DNA of 64,000 nucleotides from Escherichia coli (GTDB lineage Bacteria; Pseudomonadota; Gammaproteobacteria; Enterobacterales; Enterobacteriaceae): NCBI RefSeq assembly GCF_965641715.1, contig NZ_OZ282454.1; one strand, 5' to 3'. Shown piece by piece: positions 23,801 to 34,829 of this stretch (position 1 is its first letter; each line of letters starts with the position of its first letter). The notes under the pieces were generated by a model. It saw only the letters and a program-made list of their open reading frames with translations, ran no database searches and was not told where the DNA came from. The position numbers and the translations under genes were made by a program.

Positions 23801-26077
23801 AGGCAGGGTGGCCGGTTCAGCCCGCCCCGGCACAACAACCGTCATCGCATCTTCACTGACGGATGCCACCTGCAGGTGGTCACCGCCGGAGACGCGGAGT
23901 CCGGGAATTTTCCCTGTCACCCTCAGTCGCTCGCCGTCTGCCACCGGCATTTTTTCCGGCCGGAACAGCGACCAGCTGCTGTCCAGGGAGGAAATACGCA
24001 CCACCTGCGTTTCGCCCTGCGCATCCCGCAGGGTCAGGCTGTGACTCTGCGCTGTCACCCGGTCTATCACATAGCGGTCATGACTGCGTGTCTCCGGGTT
24101 CCACTGCTCCATCACCATCCCCGGACGGTACATATCCCGCAGATAACGGCTCCGGCTGTCCAGCCAGACCGGTGACAGCGCCGTCATGGTCACCTCAGGG
24201 TGTCCGAGCACGCCCTGCGTTTTCAGCTCACTGCGAATGGCCTGTGTCAGTATGGCCTGTTCCCGTACCCCGCTGACCTGTGCCACGCTCTCTTCTCCGG
24301 CTTTCACACTGGCCGCAAAATCCCCGGCCAGCCGGGCATAGCGGACATTACGGTCCGGTTCACTGATGATGGTGGCCGGTCGCTGTTCTCCCCCCTGCCA
24401 GCGATATGTGTTCACCCCGGCATCCTTCATGGCCATCAGTGCACTGCCTGTACCGGTTCGCTGCCCGCTGTCGGTTATCAGGACCTGTACGTTATGACGT
24501 GCGGCACCGTCCAGCAGGGTTAACGTCTCTTTCAGGGAGAGTTTTTCGCCCTGGTCGACAATAACGGTACTGCCCGGCGTGAAGGCCATGCCTTCCAGCA
24601 ACTGACGACGTCCGGTTATCAGTTCACCGGACAGCCGTTCATCCTGCTTCAGGTTCATCTGCGAGCGACGGTCAGCAGCGATAATCTGCACCTCCCGCCC
24701 CTGCTCCCGGACCATCATGACCAGTTCAGCCACCCGCTCACGCTGCCCGGCTGCACCGCCCTGCCCGGACACAATGGCCAGCGACGGACGGTCCTGTGCC
24801 AGAACACTGACCGCATCGCTGTAACCAGCCGTCCGGGGGACACTTTTCTCCGGATGTACGGTCACCCGGTTCTGTTTCATGATGTCACGACTGAGTGCCC
24901 GGACGGACAGCTCATCGAGCACATGAATCCCGGACGTGAACAGCCCCTTCTCACGGTCGAGGGGGATAAGCTGCTCACGACTGATGGCCTCATCGATACC
25001 GGCGCGTGCCCGTTCAATCACACCATTTTCCGGCGGCAGTATACCGACCGTTCTGGCCAGCACGTCCGTGTACGTGAACTGCACTTTTCGTTCACTTAAT
25101 CCGGCAATGGCCTGTGTCACCGCCTGCTGCACATCCGGCCCCTCCTGTGAAACAGCCCCGGGCACCTGCGTGCGGGTCTCCGCACGCTGATCCGCCGCGT
25201 CACGATATGCCCGGATGTCGAACCCGGTTTCCTTCAGCGTCTGCATCCATTCAGCCATTCTGACTTCAGGATCGACGTGCTGTTTGGATTTTCGCGTATC
25301 CAGCGCCGCCACATCCCGGGATTTCAGCGAGGCATCTTCCCCGACGGCCTCCCGGATAGCCTGTGAGCGTCCGGAAAAGGCCTCCACCGGTACGCCCGGC
25401 ATCTCCCACATACCGTGCTTACCCACCACTTCGGTTTCATAGCCCAGCGCCTCAACCTGCTCTTTCAGTTTTTCCCGGTAGAGCCTGCCAAAGGCAATCT
25501 GATTAGCGTACACATTCTCAATGAACCCCGTTTTCCCCACTTTGTCACTGCTCAGTGTCTTCCACTCACCGTTATGCTGCGTGACATTAGCCACCACCGC
25601 ATGCGTGTGTAGCTGTGGTTCCTGATCGCGACTGGTGTCGTGGTTAAACAGTGCCATCACCAGATTACCGGTCAGTACCGTTTCTGACTGTCCGTCCGTC
25701 ATAACCCGTGTGGAGGCCAGCGCCTCCACCTGACGAACAGCAAAGTCCACGGCCTGGTTATGTGCATCAATCAGGCGCTTATCGCCACCTGGCATGGCCA
25801 TCATGGAGACACTTTTGGGGGCGGAGAAGGTCAGGTCGTAGCCGGGACGATGCTTATTACTGCCATCCTGCATGCGGCTTAGATCCGCTCCATCCGGCAG
25901 CCTTCCCTCCAGAAGACGGGTAAAAACATCCTTATCGACACTGCCCTGCAGTCCCAGCTGTTCAGCCCCCCTGCCGGCCCAGCGTTCTCCCATGCTGCCC
26001 AGCACATAGTAATTATCCTTGTCGGTATAATAGTTACCGGCACTTCCGGCCGATCTGACCTGCGCAATACTCATCAT
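20807..26077 (-). CDS. traI: TraI relaxase/helicase
   Basis: 1756 aa; N-terminal relaxase with HxH motif region and two helicase Walker A sites (GYAGVGKT, GGAAGQ-type). Confidence 0.95.
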   Translation of the reverse strand: MMSIAQVRSAGSAGNYYTDKDNYYVLGSMGERWAGRGAEQLGLQGSVDKDVFTRLLEGRLPDGADLSRMQDGSNKHRPGYDLTFSAPKSVSMMAMPGGDKRLIDAHNQAVDFAVRQVEALASTRVMTDGQSETVLTGNLVMALFNHDTSRDQEPQLHTHAVVANVTQHNGEWKTLSSDKVGKTGFIENVYANQIAFGRLYREKLKEQVEALGYETEVVGKHGMWEMPGVPVEAFSGRSQAIREAVGEDASLKSRDVAALDTRKSKQHVDPEVRMAEWMQTLKETGFDIRAYRDAADQRAETRTQVPGAVSQEGPDVQQAVTQAIAGLSERKVQFTYTDVLARTVGILPPENGVIERARAGIDEAISREQLIPLDREKGLFTSGIHVLDELSVRALSRDIMKQNRVTVHPEKSVPRTAGYSDAVSVLAQDRPSLAIVSGQGGAAGQRERVAELVMMVREQGREVQIIAADRRSQMNLKQDERLSGELITGRRQLLEGMAFTPGSTVIVDQGEKLSLKETLTLLDGAARHNVQVLITDSGQRTGTGSALMAMKDAGVNTYRWQGGEQRPATIISEPDRNVRYARLAGDFAASVKAGEESVAQVSGVREQAILTQAIRSELKTQGVLGHPEVTMTALSPVWLDSRSRYLRDMYRPGMVMEQWNPETRSHDRYVIDRVTAQSHSLTLRDAQGETQVVRISSLDSSWSLFRPEKMPVADGERLRVTGKIPGLRVSGGDHLQVASVSEDAMTVVVPGRAEPATLPVVDSPFTALKLENGWVETPGHSVSDSATVFASVTQMAMDNATLNGLARSGRDVRLYSSLDETRTAEKLARHPSFTVVSEQIKARAGETSLETAISLQKAGLHTPAQQAIHLALPVLESKNLAFSMVDLLTEAKSFAAEGTGFTELGGEINAQIKRGDLLYVDVAKGYGTGLLVSRASYEAEKSILRHILEGKEAVTPLMERVPGELMETLTSGQRAATRMILETSDRFTVVQGYAGVGKTTQFRAVMSAVNMLPASERPRVVGLGPTHRAVGEMRSAGVDAQTLASFLHDTQLQQRSGETPDFSNTLFLLDESSMVGNTDMARAYALIAAGGGRAVASGDTDQLQAIAPGQPFRLQQTRSAADVVIMKEIVRQTPELREAVYSLINRDVERALSGLERVKPSQVPRLEGAWAPEHSVTEFSHSQEAKLAEAQQKAMLKGEAFPDVPMTLYEAIVRDYTGRTPEAREQTLIVTHLNEDRRVLNSMIHDAREKAGELGQEQVMVPVLNTANIRDGELRRLSTWENNPDALALVDNVYHRIAGISRDDGLITLQDAEGNTRLISPREAVAEGVTLYTPDTIRVGTGDRMRFTKSDRERGYVANSVWTVTAVSGDSVTLSDGQQTRVIRPGQERAEQHIDLAYAITAHGAQGASETFAIALEGTEGNRKQMAGFESAYVALSRMKQHVQVYTDNRQGWTDAINNAVQKGTAHDVFEPKPDREVMNAERLFSTARELRDVAAGRAVLRQAGLSGGDSPARFIAPGRKYPQPYVALPAFDRNGKSAGIWLNPLTTDDGNGLRGFSGEGRVKGSGDAQFVALQGSRNGESLLADNMQDGVRIARDNPDSGVVVRIAGEGRPWNPGAITGGRVWGDIPDNSVQPGAGNGEPVTAEVLAQRQAEEAIRRETERRADEIVRKMAENKPDLPDGKTEQAVREIAGQERERAVTSEREAALPESVLREPQREREAVREVVRENLLQERLQQMERDMVRDLQKEKTLGGD

Positions 26078-28266
26078 CAGAAATCATCTCCCGGCTCAAC
26101 ATCCTCCCCGCGCTCCCGGTGCACATTAATGTTCACCTCTTCACGACGCTGCATCTGCTGCTGGATGTCCGGATGATTTTCCTGTTGCCATGCCTCATAA
26201 GCGGCCATATCCACCACTTCACCGGATTCACTGATCCCGGGTGGCAGTTGCTGTTCCATCTCTTCTTCCGGTTTCATTTTCAGCTCCTGCTCGATCCCCC
26301 CTGCCGGAACATTCACACCTGAATCTGACTTCTTATCGTTGATGGCAGGAGACACCGGCTGTTGCGGCTGTTGCGGCTGTTGCGGCTGTTGCGGCTGTTG
26401 CGGCTGTTCAGCCTGAGTCACGTCTTCTCCGGAAACAACCTCCGGGACATCCGGTTCGAAGAGGCTGGCCATCTGACGACCTTCTGCTTCCCTTGCGGCA
26501 AGTACGGCACTCAGACGGTTCTCCATTTCCGGGTTGATGTCACGCGGAATAAACTCCGGAGCGACCTTCGGTCGTGTCTGATATTTCAGAGAGAGTTTTA
26601 CTGCCGGATACGGTCCGGGCAGGGTGACATAACAGGTCAGATCCGGCAGAGACTGAATGTCGGAATAACTGACCAGCGTCTGGCGCTCCATATCCTTACC
26701 GGTCGATACCCCGTCACGTACCGGATCAGCACCGTAGGAATACTGCTCGCTGGCTTTCAGGTGCTCTTTCTCACCAATCTCACCGGCAGCGAACTCTGCA
26801 ATCTTATGGCTGGGAGAACGGAAAAAGGCACGGGTGTTCATGACGTCAAACAGCGTGGCAGCCGCTTTCTCACCGTAGATATCTTCCAGCTGGGCATAGG
26901 ACTGGATACCAAACACATAACAGCCACCGAACTTACGGGCTTCCGGCAGGATCTCCACCAGGTCCGGCAGTTTGTGTAACGTGGGTAGCTCATCACAAAA
27001 AAACCACACACGACGGTTACGGTTTTCTCCCATTGCCAGCAGACCACGAATGGCAATGGACAGCCACATGGAGATCACCGGCTTCAGGGAGGCATGGGTG
27101 TCGGCATTCGACGAGATAAACAGCCAGCCGTTTTTCTGATCTTCCCGGACACCACGCATCCAGTCACGGATGGTAAAAGACTCACCGTTATGCTCAATCC
27201 CCTGCAGGTAACGGATGGCTTTCACGTAGTTGGTCAGCACAGCACGGATGGAAATCGCCGTTTTCTCAATTTTCTCTTCCACCAGGTTGGCCGCCGGTGA
27301 ATTACACAGGAAGGTACGCAGTTTTTCGATTTTGATGGAAAGCAGTGTGTCCACCAGTTTGCTGTAGCTGCGGTTGGGGTCATTACGCATCAGGTACGCC
27401 GCTTCCGCAAAAATGGTACGTCCTGAACCCTGCCAGAACGGGTCCTCTTTTGTGCCCATCGGGATCAGCGTGTTCGCGGTATTATCAAAATCCGGCTGTG
27501 TCAGGCACTCCTTCCACAAATCCCAGGCGGCACAGCGGGCATCCAGCGGATTCAGGATTTTATCGATGGAGGGATCATAGTAACTTTTAACAAATTCCCC
27601 TGAACGGTCATAAATCACCACCATATCTCCACGCTGACGGGCGTAGTTGGCCAGACGACGGATAACTTCCGACTTACCGGCCCCGACCGTGCCGTGCAGA
27701 CAGAAGTTCTGGATTTCGGAATCCCGGATAATCGGCAGGTCGCCAATCCGGATATCGGAGTCCTTGCCGTCTTTTTTCAGCATCCGGGCAACGTCTTTCG
27801 GATTGTCTGTCAGCTGACGACCACCTGTGACTTCATTTTCGCTCTGTTGTTTACCCTGACGCCCCAGAATCCAGGAGACAACAAAGAAGGTGATCAGGCA
27901 AATAACCAGTGCCACAACTGTGGCCAGAACGAATGCGGACCATAGCTGCTCTCCGCACCAGATCATATATTTATCATGCAGTACCTGAGCAGCGTTCATC
28001 CGGAAGGTTTTGCCGTAATACTGGATCTCATAGACCGGCTGGGACTTGATTAAATCCCGCATGCCTTCCAGCGTGGTACACCACCAGTAAATACAGCCGT
28101 TCACAAACGTCTGCCAGCTTATTTTTACCCATAAAACCAGACCAACGAGTATCCAGAAAAAAATAAACAGGCAGTAAAGCATGATATTGGCGATCTGGCT
28201 GAACATGCGGATACGCATGGACGCAATCTGACCGCCCTGGGTCATATCCTTTGCGTTAAAACTCAT
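26077..28266 (-). CDS. traD: TraD type IV coupling protein
   Basis: 729 aa, [46 protein letters not shown]..., Walker [10 protein letters not shown]-terminal QQP repeats. Confidence 0.95.
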   Translation of the reverse strand: MSFNAKDMTQGGQIASMRIRMFSQIANIMLYCLFIFFWILVGLVLWVKISWQTFVNGCIYWWCTTLEGMRDLIKSQPVYEIQYYGKTFRMNAAQVLHDKYMIWCGEQLWSAFVLATVVALVICLITFFVVSWILGRQGKQQSENEVTGGRQLTDNPKDVARMLKKDGKDSDIRIGDLPIIRDSEIQNFCLHGTVGAGKSEVIRRLANYARQRGDMVVIYDRSGEFVKSYYDPSIDKILNPLDARCAAWDLWKECLTQPDFDNTANTLIPMGTKEDPFWQGSGRTIFAEAAYLMRNDPNRSYSKLVDTLLSIKIEKLRTFLCNSPAANLVEEKIEKTAISIRAVLTNYVKAIRYLQGIEHNGESFTIRDWMRGVREDQKNGWLFISSNADTHASLKPVISMWLSIAIRGLLAMGENRNRRVWFFCDELPTLHKLPDLVEILPEARKFGGCYVFGIQSYAQLEDIYGEKAAATLFDVMNTRAFFRSPSHKIAEFAAGEIGEKEHLKASEQYSYGADPVRDGVSTGKDMERQTLVSYSDIQSLPDLTCYVTLPGPYPAVKLSLKYQTRPKVAPEFIPRDINPEMENRLSAVLAAREAEGRQMASLFEPDVPEVVSGEDVTQAEQPQQPQQPQQPQQPQQPVSPAINDKKSDSGVNVPAGGIEQELKMKPEEEMEQQLPPGISESGEVVDMAAYEAWQQENHPDIQQQMQRREEVNINVHRERGEDVEPGDDF
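26358..26409 (-). repeat. Tandem 9-bp repeats encoding the TraD C-terminal QQP tract
   Basis: ctgttgcgg repeated 5 times on the plus strand, translating to [17 protein letters not shown]. Confidence 0.8.
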
Positions 28267-28518
28267 GATGATATTCCGAAGAAAAAAAGTCAGTCGGACT
28301 GATTATTAATGATGAAAAGATTAATAACCGTTAAATTCCGGCTTCGCCGGCAACACTTCACGGTCGCACAAAGAATTTGCACAACCGCTCAGTGTTTTCA
28401 TATTTATTTCGGAAACGCCGGGGAGAAATAAAATTTATTTTATTTCTTTCCGGGGTTGGACAACGAGCAAAGCGAGGCGTCAGTCAGGAGGCCGGTCAGA
28501 CCAGCCTCCGGAAGATAA

Positions 28519-29250
28519 TCAGAGAATATTTGCGATTGATTTGGCCAGCTGGTCTTCGAGAACAGGCTTCGCCTCTTCAAATTTCAGGTTAACCTTGTTC
28601 GCATTTGAGACCACACGGGTCTGGTATTTATGCTGGTTACCTGTTTCAGTACTGGTCTGAATTTTCGCACCTGATGTGCCCTGACGCAGGGCGGCAACAT
28701 TATCCGTTGTCACCGTTGCCTTAGTACGCTCTGCAATCTGCACATCCGTGATCATGGTATAGTTCACATCTTCCACCATCGCATCTGCAGCCATACCCAC
28801 CAGACCGGCAGCAAGGCCCACACCGAGTGTGGCACCGGCAGAACTGGAATTATATCCGGTGATACCGGCACCTAACGCTGCACCAACTGCTGCGCCTTCA
28901 TAACCACGGTTCAGCCATCCCTGAGACTCCCGCAGATCCATCTTATCGGCCTTCAGCACATTCGCCTGAATCCAGTAGTAGGCTTTATCCGGAGAAGTCA
29001 CCACCTGATATCCTTTTGCTTTCACAGCATCAGCAATTTTGCCCTGCATCCCACTCATGTCTTTATCAGACGTGTTTTTGATCTGCAGAAATACCGTGCG
29101 TTCGCTGGCGGGTTCAAGCCAGATGGTCTCACTCATCTGAGTCTTCACCTCAAGGTTACGCTTCTTGATTGCTGTGCTCATCGCACCACACCCTGAAAGG
29201 GCCAGAGTGGAACTGACCAGTGCAACCATCATCAATTTTTTCATTTTCAT
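28519..29250 (-). CDS. traT: TraT surface-exclusion/serum-resistance lipoprotein
   Basis: [21 protein letters not shown] lipobox, 243 aa. Confidence 0.92.
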   Translation of the reverse strand: MKMKKLMMVALVSSTLALSGCGAMSTAIKKRNLEVKTQMSETIWLEPASERTVFLQIKNTSDKDMSGMQGKIADAVKAKGYQVVTSPDKAYYWIQANVLKADKMDLRESQGWLNRGYEGAAVGAALGAGITGYNSSSAGATLGVGLAAGLVGMAADAMVEDVNYTMITDVQIAERTKATVTTDNVAALRQGTSGAKIQTSTETGNQHKYQTRVVSNANKVNLKFEEAKPVLEDQLAKSIANIL

Positions 29251-29298
29251 CAATGTTCCTTCATATTGAATAAAACGTCATAATATACAAATTAAGAT

Positions 29299-29784
29299 TC
29301 ACTCATCATATCGTTTTGAACTATAACCATATGAATTACCACCGATATCCACACCAATACCTGACATAGGTAACCCTGTTGCAGGATTAGTACGATGAAA
29401 ATCCATATTATCAAAATCCAGATGCAAATCTTCATTAGTTTGTTCATTTACCTGAGATTGCATCCATTCTCTTACACTTACACAACCACTAACTCGCCTT
29501 AATTCGTATAGTGTACCAATGATAAAAACCATCAGGCTTAATAATGGAGAGAGTAAGGAAGATACTGGCATCGTTATATACCAAACGCCTTTACTAAACT
29601 TAAACTCATCCGACACATTCCGTTTTTTTCGTATTTGAGAGAACAACCATATAAACAGTCCCTGCCATAGTACTATGAAGAACAGCATAAAAATTGTTTC
29701 GGCATTCTCCCAACCAGCCAGATAACAGGCGATAAACTGTATCACCGTTACCAGAGCAATATGGGTTAAACATCTCATTATCAT
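29299..29784 (-). CDS. traS: TraS entry-exclusion inner-membrane protein
   Basis: 161-aa hydrophobic protein in the traG-traT gap; AT-rich as expected for the variable traS. Confidence 0.6.
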   Translation of the reverse strand: MIMRCLTHIALVTVIQFIACYLAGWENAETIFMLFFIVLWQGLFIWLFSQIRKKRNVSDEFKFSKGVWYITMPVSSLLSPLLSLMVFIIGTLYELRRVSGCVSVREWMQSQVNEQTNEDLHLDFDNMDFHRTNPATGLPMSGIGVDIGGNSYGYSSKRYDE

Positions 29785-29799
29785 CTCCCAAAAACAGCA

Positions 29800-32622
29800 T
29801 TATTGCTTATACTTATCCTGATATTCCTTTGCCCTTTTCATAAGTTCCTGTGGACTATCAGCCCCGGGCATTCTTTCCTGAGCCGACTTTTCTTCATTAT
29901 ATTTATTATTCTGAGATAATGCCTCTGTTTTATGGTGATTCTGCAGTTCAGAATACTGCCCTCTTACAATATTTTCCTCGCCACGTATGCTGTTCTGAGT
30001 ATCACCTATATTCCCTTTATATTCTGTGACCATATTATCAACCTGATGTTTTACATCATTACGGATATTACTGTCCTGCGTTCTTTGCTCAATAATGGCC
30101 TGATGTCCCTGATGGTCAGCAATAATATCCTGACTGCCACCACCCGAAGGTACGCTCTCCATTCCTTTACCAATATCGCCACGGGATTCCCGCCAGGCAT
30201 TATCAACACCAGGCTGTACCTGTTCCTGCACAAAAGACCAGGCCATCGCCCGACGACGTTCTGCAATCTCCGGTGAACTGGTGTTTGTCAGAATAGCTTC
30301 TGCATCCTGTGGCGCGTGTTTCATTACATACTGTGCAAACTGTTGCGACAGGTCTTCACTCATCTGCCCACTCATGCTTTCAGTACGGGATGCCATTTCA
30401 GCATATTCATGGCTGCGGGTCATATTCGTCGTGAACTGGTCGTAACTCTGCTTCGCTGAATTCAGGGCTGCAGACAACTGATCCACACGGGAATCAGCAT
30501 TATTGTCAGTATGGCTGCCGGACTCACTGACCTTGCGACTGGTAAAGTAATCGCTGGCCTCTTTAAAGTCTTGTGTAGCTCTGGCATCGATATCATGACG
30601 AGCATTATGGCTCGACTGAGTATTACTACTTGCCGTATGCGCATCATTATCTTCCCAATCAATACCAGCGCGACCACCACCTTTAACACCTAAGCCGCCA
30701 CCAACACCAAGAATTTTAGGTTTAACCCCCCATTCAGCATGAGCATCTCCATACATCCCGGCAGAAGCTCTCGTACTTCTGGATGCCAGTTCCTGAGTCG
30801 CCTGCTCATTACTGATATTATGCGCCTTCGCATAGCTTTCCACTGCACTGCGCATACGGCTGGCCATCATGGAGTCCTGTGCACTCATCGTACTGTCAGC
30901 ACCACCGGTGACAGAGTCACTGCTCCCCCGGTTAGAACCAAACTGACTGAGCGTGTTCCAGGCACTGGCAATACTGCTGCTGAAACCATGCAGGGCACTT
31001 TCTGCTCTGTTCGATGCTTCCCGGGCCATTTCCTGTTGTGCCGCTGCAATCTGACGCGTTGCATTGATACCGACCGGTAAACGGGACATCGCTCCGCTTG
31101 CATCCATCACCATATTACCGTCACGGGTCTGTGTGGCGGTTGCGCCACTGCCGGTCTGGTACATCATCTGACCAAACGACGTGGTGCTGTTGGTGCTCCA
31201 GCTGAAGCCGTTCACGTTTTCCGTCTGCATGTTGCCGTAGGAGTAATTACCGTCAACCACACTGCCTGCTGCACTGGCGGTCGGGCTGATAGCAGAGGAA
31301 GCGAAATGGCTGTACGCACTGGAAAATCCTGCCCCGAGCCCCCTGACCATCATCCAGGATAATGGCGGGATCATCATGGAAAGATACCCAGCAGTGGAAG
31401 CCAGATCGGAGTATTTCAGTTGTATCTGTGAAATTTCAGAGAGCACCACCGGCGCACCATTCTGTTTCGCATAAAATGTCATGGCACTGTTCAGAATGGC
31501 GTACAAGAGTGGCCATGACTGCAGCCACATCAGGGCAAACACATAACCTTTCAGGACAGACAGCGTCAGTTTGTTGAATACAGCCGCCAGTACCAGGAGC
31601 GGGAAAATACCGATGGCGATCCCCGTCAGGATGGTCTGCGTCATGGGCAGTGTCCGCATCGCCACATGACCGATTGATACATGTGCCAGACGTTGTTTCT
31701 CCATCGATGACGTGGTGGCCAGATTCACCAGGCTGGCCGAATCACCATTACGTGCGGCATAACTGGTGATCCCCTCCTTCAGCGCATTGATGGTGACATT
31801 CTGGCGGATGATCTGGCTGGCTGATTTACTTGAGCCATAGAAGTAACTGTAACTGTCGCCAATCAGCGTACTGAACAGCAGGTTAGGATCAGGGCGTCCG
31901 CCAAATAGCTGCTGGGCATAATAATGCCAGGTTTTTCCGCCACTCTGTGTGTCCAGATTCAGCTTGTCTTTCAGCGAAACCGAAGCGTCCTTACAGGTTA
32001 CGAAATTATTATTGCTGTCATAAACGCCCCGCAGCGGGCTGGGGCGGGAAAAAATCAGCGTGTAGGGATCAGCGGAGGCCATCAGCTCCTCCAGCGTATA
32101 TTTGTGGTTCAGGTAAATATCCCCCATCACGCAGTTCTGCACATAATCCTGGAAAAGATTGGCGATTTCCGGATTCCGGGACCAAAAGTCGGTGCTTTTT
32201 GATACCAGTTCTGCGCCAAACAGCATCCCCGTTTTGCTGTAGGTGACACTGTCCGGTTGCGTGAAGATCATCTCGTAACTGACCACCATTGCATGCCCGA
32301 TACGGGTCGTCAGTGAAAGTGGCATCGCCAGTCCGACCGGCACATTATCCACCCGGTGAACTTTAACCAGGTCGCTGTTATCAATAATCTGTACCGACGT
32401 GCGGACATTAACCAGCAGGCTGATAAGCACAAACACGGCCACCCAGCCCAGCAAATCCATCACGTTGTGCCGCTGTACCCACATTACGACCACCGCGAGA
32501 ACAGACAATGTGAGCGCAATTTTTTCAATGGAATCCCACGTCCGGGTCCCCATAAAGGCGGCAATGGCGTTCAGGTTATTCCGCAACCACTCACCACCGG
32601 CAATCACATAAACTTCATTCAC
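29800..32622 (-). CDS. traG: TraG mating-pair stabilisation / entry-exclusion target protein
   Basis: 940 aa, polytopic N-terminal half plus periplasmic C-terminal half. Confidence 0.92.
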   Translation of the reverse strand: MNEVYVIAGGEWLRNNLNAIAAFMGTRTWDSIEKIALTLSVLAVVVMWVQRHNVMDLLGWVAVFVLISLLVNVRTSVQIIDNSDLVKVHRVDNVPVGLAMPLSLTTRIGHAMVVSYEMIFTQPDSVTYSKTGMLFGAELVSKSTDFWSRNPEIANLFQDYVQNCVMGDIYLNHKYTLEELMASADPYTLIFSRPSPLRGVYDSNNNFVTCKDASVSLKDKLNLDTQSGGKTWHYYAQQLFGGRPDPNLLFSTLIGDSYSYFYGSSKSASQIIRQNVTINALKEGITSYAARNGDSASLVNLATTSSMEKQRLAHVSIGHVAMRTLPMTQTILTGIAIGIFPLLVLAAVFNKLTLSVLKGYVFALMWLQSWPLLYAILNSAMTFYAKQNGAPVVLSEISQIQLKYSDLASTAGYLSMMIPPLSWMMVRGLGAGFSSAYSHFASSAISPTASAAGSVVDGNYSYGNMQTENVNGFSWSTNSTTSFGQMMYQTGSGATATQTRDGNMVMDASGAMSRLPVGINATRQIAAAQQEMAREASNRAESALHGFSSSIASAWNTLSQFGSNRGSSDSVTGGADSTMSAQDSMMASRMRSAVESYAKAHNISNEQATQELASRSTRASAGMYGDAHAEWGVKPKILGVGGGLGVKGGGRAGIDWEDNDAHTASSNTQSSHNARHDIDARATQDFKEASDYFTSRKVSESGSHTDNNADSRVDQLSAALNSAKQSYDQFTTNMTRSHEYAEMASRTESMSGQMSEDLSQQFAQYVMKHAPQDAEAILTNTSSPEIAERRRAMAWSFVQEQVQPGVDNAWRESRGDIGKGMESVPSGGGSQDIIADHQGHQAIIEQRTQDSNIRNDVKHQVDNMVTEYKGNIGDTQNSIRGEENIVRGQYSELQNHHKTEALSQNNKYNEEKSAQERMPGADSPQELMKRAKEYQDKYKQ

Positions 32623-33995
32623 AGCGTGCTCCCTCCGAAGTGATAGTTGTTCTGGTAACGACTGAGCATGCGGGCGGAAAGCTGCTGACGCATGTAGCTC
32701 ATCTGACGATCGACAACCAGCAGCGCATCCTGCTGTACCTGCACCTGTGACTGAAACGCCGCAATCTGCCGGGTGGCATCATTCATGTTGTCGTTAATAT
32801 GTTCGATAACTGCTTCGTCATAATTTCCTGTGGCCACCATCGCCCGGGCCTGCTGTATCAGCTCCTGAATGTACTGCAGCAGGATGTCGTAACCGATATA
32901 GTCCGTCAGCTGGTAAATCATACTGTTGGAAACACCGAGCATCTGCGGGTCAACCAGGTATTTGAAGACGGGGATGGTGGTACTGGAAATAAAGCCTTTT
33001 TCCTTGTCATCCAGAGGCGTGTCACTGACCGCCTTGTTCTGAATGCTGGCCAGAAGTTTAGTAATCTGAGACTTCAGTGCATTATCCCGGCTGATGGTCA
33101 CCGGTGTGTCTGCCACCACTTTCAGGCATTTATCAGAATCGTTGCAGTGATAAATTTTTGCTGTGCCGCCTTCCATCATGACCCGGATAATTGAGCGGTC
33201 AGTGGTTCTGGCTGACAGCGGTGTGATTTCGCCGTTGGGACCAAACACCAGTGAGCCGGTCAGCGTCATCACAAACTCTTTCAGCTCTTTGTTACCGTCA
33301 AACATTCTGTTTTTGGAAAGCGCATTCCACATGATGTTGATGTTTTTGGTCACCCGCTCCTTATCCTTGTCGCTGGCTTTATCCCTGACGCTGTCAGATT
33401 TCCCGCCAACGGTACATCCCTGCCGGGAAGCCGCCCAGTCAGCAAAAATATTGCTCTCACCGGCAATGTCCTGACAGACTTTCTGCTGGGACACCTGCGT
33501 CCGGGGGAAAAGCCCACCGATAATCCCCTGTGCAGCCTGGCAGGAACTGAGGTTCATACTGTTAATGTCGCTTGCCATTTTCTGCACGAAGTCTTTTGCG
33601 GTTTTTATTTCCGGCACCGTTGTCTGTAGGGCAAGGTCAAAAAAGTAACCGGCAGCATTGCTCATAATCTGCTTAACAAAACGCTGCAACTGCTCGCTAT
33701 TAATAAAACTGAACGAGCCGAGATAGGCGTCGATGCCGCCACATCCGGCATTGATATCCGGCAGCGTCATGGAAATCAGCTGAACATTTTTGACCTGAGT
33801 ACGGGCATACAGGGAGCCACCGTAAGCATAACCGGCGGCCTGCCCCTGCCAGACGCCCGGCTGTGTGGTATTGGAGGCGAAGCCCAGCTTGTTAAAGAAC
33901 TGATTCATGTCGCTGTTCACATCCGCTGACGCTGCGGGGGTGACCGTCAGTAAAGCAGCACAAAGAACCAGAAGAGGTTTAATGCGTGGCATCAT
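32619..33995 (-). CDS. traH: TraH pilus-assembly protein
   Basis: 458 aa with signal peptide MMPRIKPLLVLCAALLTVTPAASA. Confidence 0.92.
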   Translation of the reverse strand: MMPRIKPLLVLCAALLTVTPAASADVNSDMNQFFNKLGFASNTTQPGVWQGQAAGYAYGGSLYARTQVKNVQLISMTLPDINAGCGGIDAYLGSFSFINSEQLQRFVKQIMSNAAGYFFDLALQTTVPEIKTAKDFVQKMASDINSMNLSSCQAAQGIIGGLFPRTQVSQQKVCQDIAGESNIFADWAASRQGCTVGGKSDSVRDKASDKDKERVTKNINIMWNALSKNRMFDGNKELKEFVMTLTGSLVFGPNGEITPLSARTTDRSIIRVMMEGGTAKIYHCNDSDKCLKVVADTPVTISRDNALKSQITKLLASIQNKAVSDTPLDDKEKGFISSTTIPVFKYLVDPQMLGVSNSMIYQLTDYIGYDILLQYIQELIQQARAMVATGNYDEAVIEHINDNMNDATRQIAAFQSQVQVQQDALLVVDRQMSYMRQQLSARMLSRYQNNYHFGGSTL

Positions 33996-34295
33996 TCTTG
34001 CCCTCCCTTAATTTGTTCTCCCGGCGCATACGACATTTCAGCAGGAATATCCCGATATTTCCGTCCAGTCCTGCGGCTGTAATATATTTCAGACACCGAA
34101 ATCCATCCCACAATTGCCCCCACAAAAAACACAACAGAAACAGAAAAGGTAAGGCACAGCGAAACGACAATTTCTACAGGGCTGGCGGGATAAAAAAGCC
34201 CCTGATGGATAAAGGGGATATTCAGGCTGACGATTATTCCCGTCGCGATGCCGGATATTCCGGCAATGAGTAACACCACCTGCTTATTTCGCACC
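33992..34295 (-). CDS. Small inner-membrane protein in the trbJ/trbF position (GTG start inferred)
   Basis: GGAGGG followed by GTG just after the trbB stop; about 100 aa with two TM segments; only one such gene fits between trbB and traH here. Confidence 0.4.
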
Positions 34296-34829
34296 TTTTT
34301 TCCCTCCGTACATCTGCAGAACGGTATCCATCCGCGCCATAAAACCGGCAGCATCCGTTGCCCCCTGTAAAAGCGGTAATGCCTCAAGCGTGTTGACGTT
34401 GACCAGGAAGGTGGTCGGTGTGGCCACCGGGATATTCGGGAAGAAGGTCTGCATCACGTCCGGTGGCACCGGCAATGCCTCCGGAAAGGCGGTATCCCCC
34501 TGACCATCCAGGGTGTAGGGAAAAACGGAAAAGCCGTACTGCTGTGCCAGCTGTTTCAGTACCGGGTCAAACTGGTGACAGTAAGGGCAATGCCCCTGCA
34601 TAAACAGCACCACCTTCCAGTCGGCCAGGTTAACCTGCCTGCCGTTGCTGAGGCGGAACCAGCGGGGGGCTGGCTTTTCTGTCCTGGCTGACGTGCCTGC
34701 TGCAGGTTGTGCAGGCTGCGCGGCCATGCCCTGCGGATTCCAGAGTCGTTCAATTTCATCCCGGGTGGAGGCCTGCACGGCAGCGGCTGCCAGCAACAGG
34801 GTGAACAACAGTGATTTAATGAGAGACAT
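34284..34829 (-). CDS. trbB: TrbB periplasmic thiol-disulfide isomerase
   Basis: 181 aa, signal peptide, CPYC thioredoxin motif. Confidence 0.85.
   Translation of the reverse strand: MSLIKSLLFTLLLAAAAVQASTRDEIERLWNPQGMAAQPAQPAAGTSARTEKPAPRWFRLSNGRQVNLADWKVVLFMQGHCPYCHQFDPVLKQLAQQYGFSVFPYTLDGQGDTAFPEALPVPPDVMQTFFPNIPVATPTTFLVNVNTLEALPLLQGATDAAGFMARMDTVLQMYGGKKGAK

Noticed and set aside
20633-25442. Many plus-strand ORFs opposite traI (e.g. 20633..21787, 21869..22861, 23475..24044)
   Set aside because: Shadow ORFs antisense to a long GC-rich gene; translations are low-complexity with no domains.
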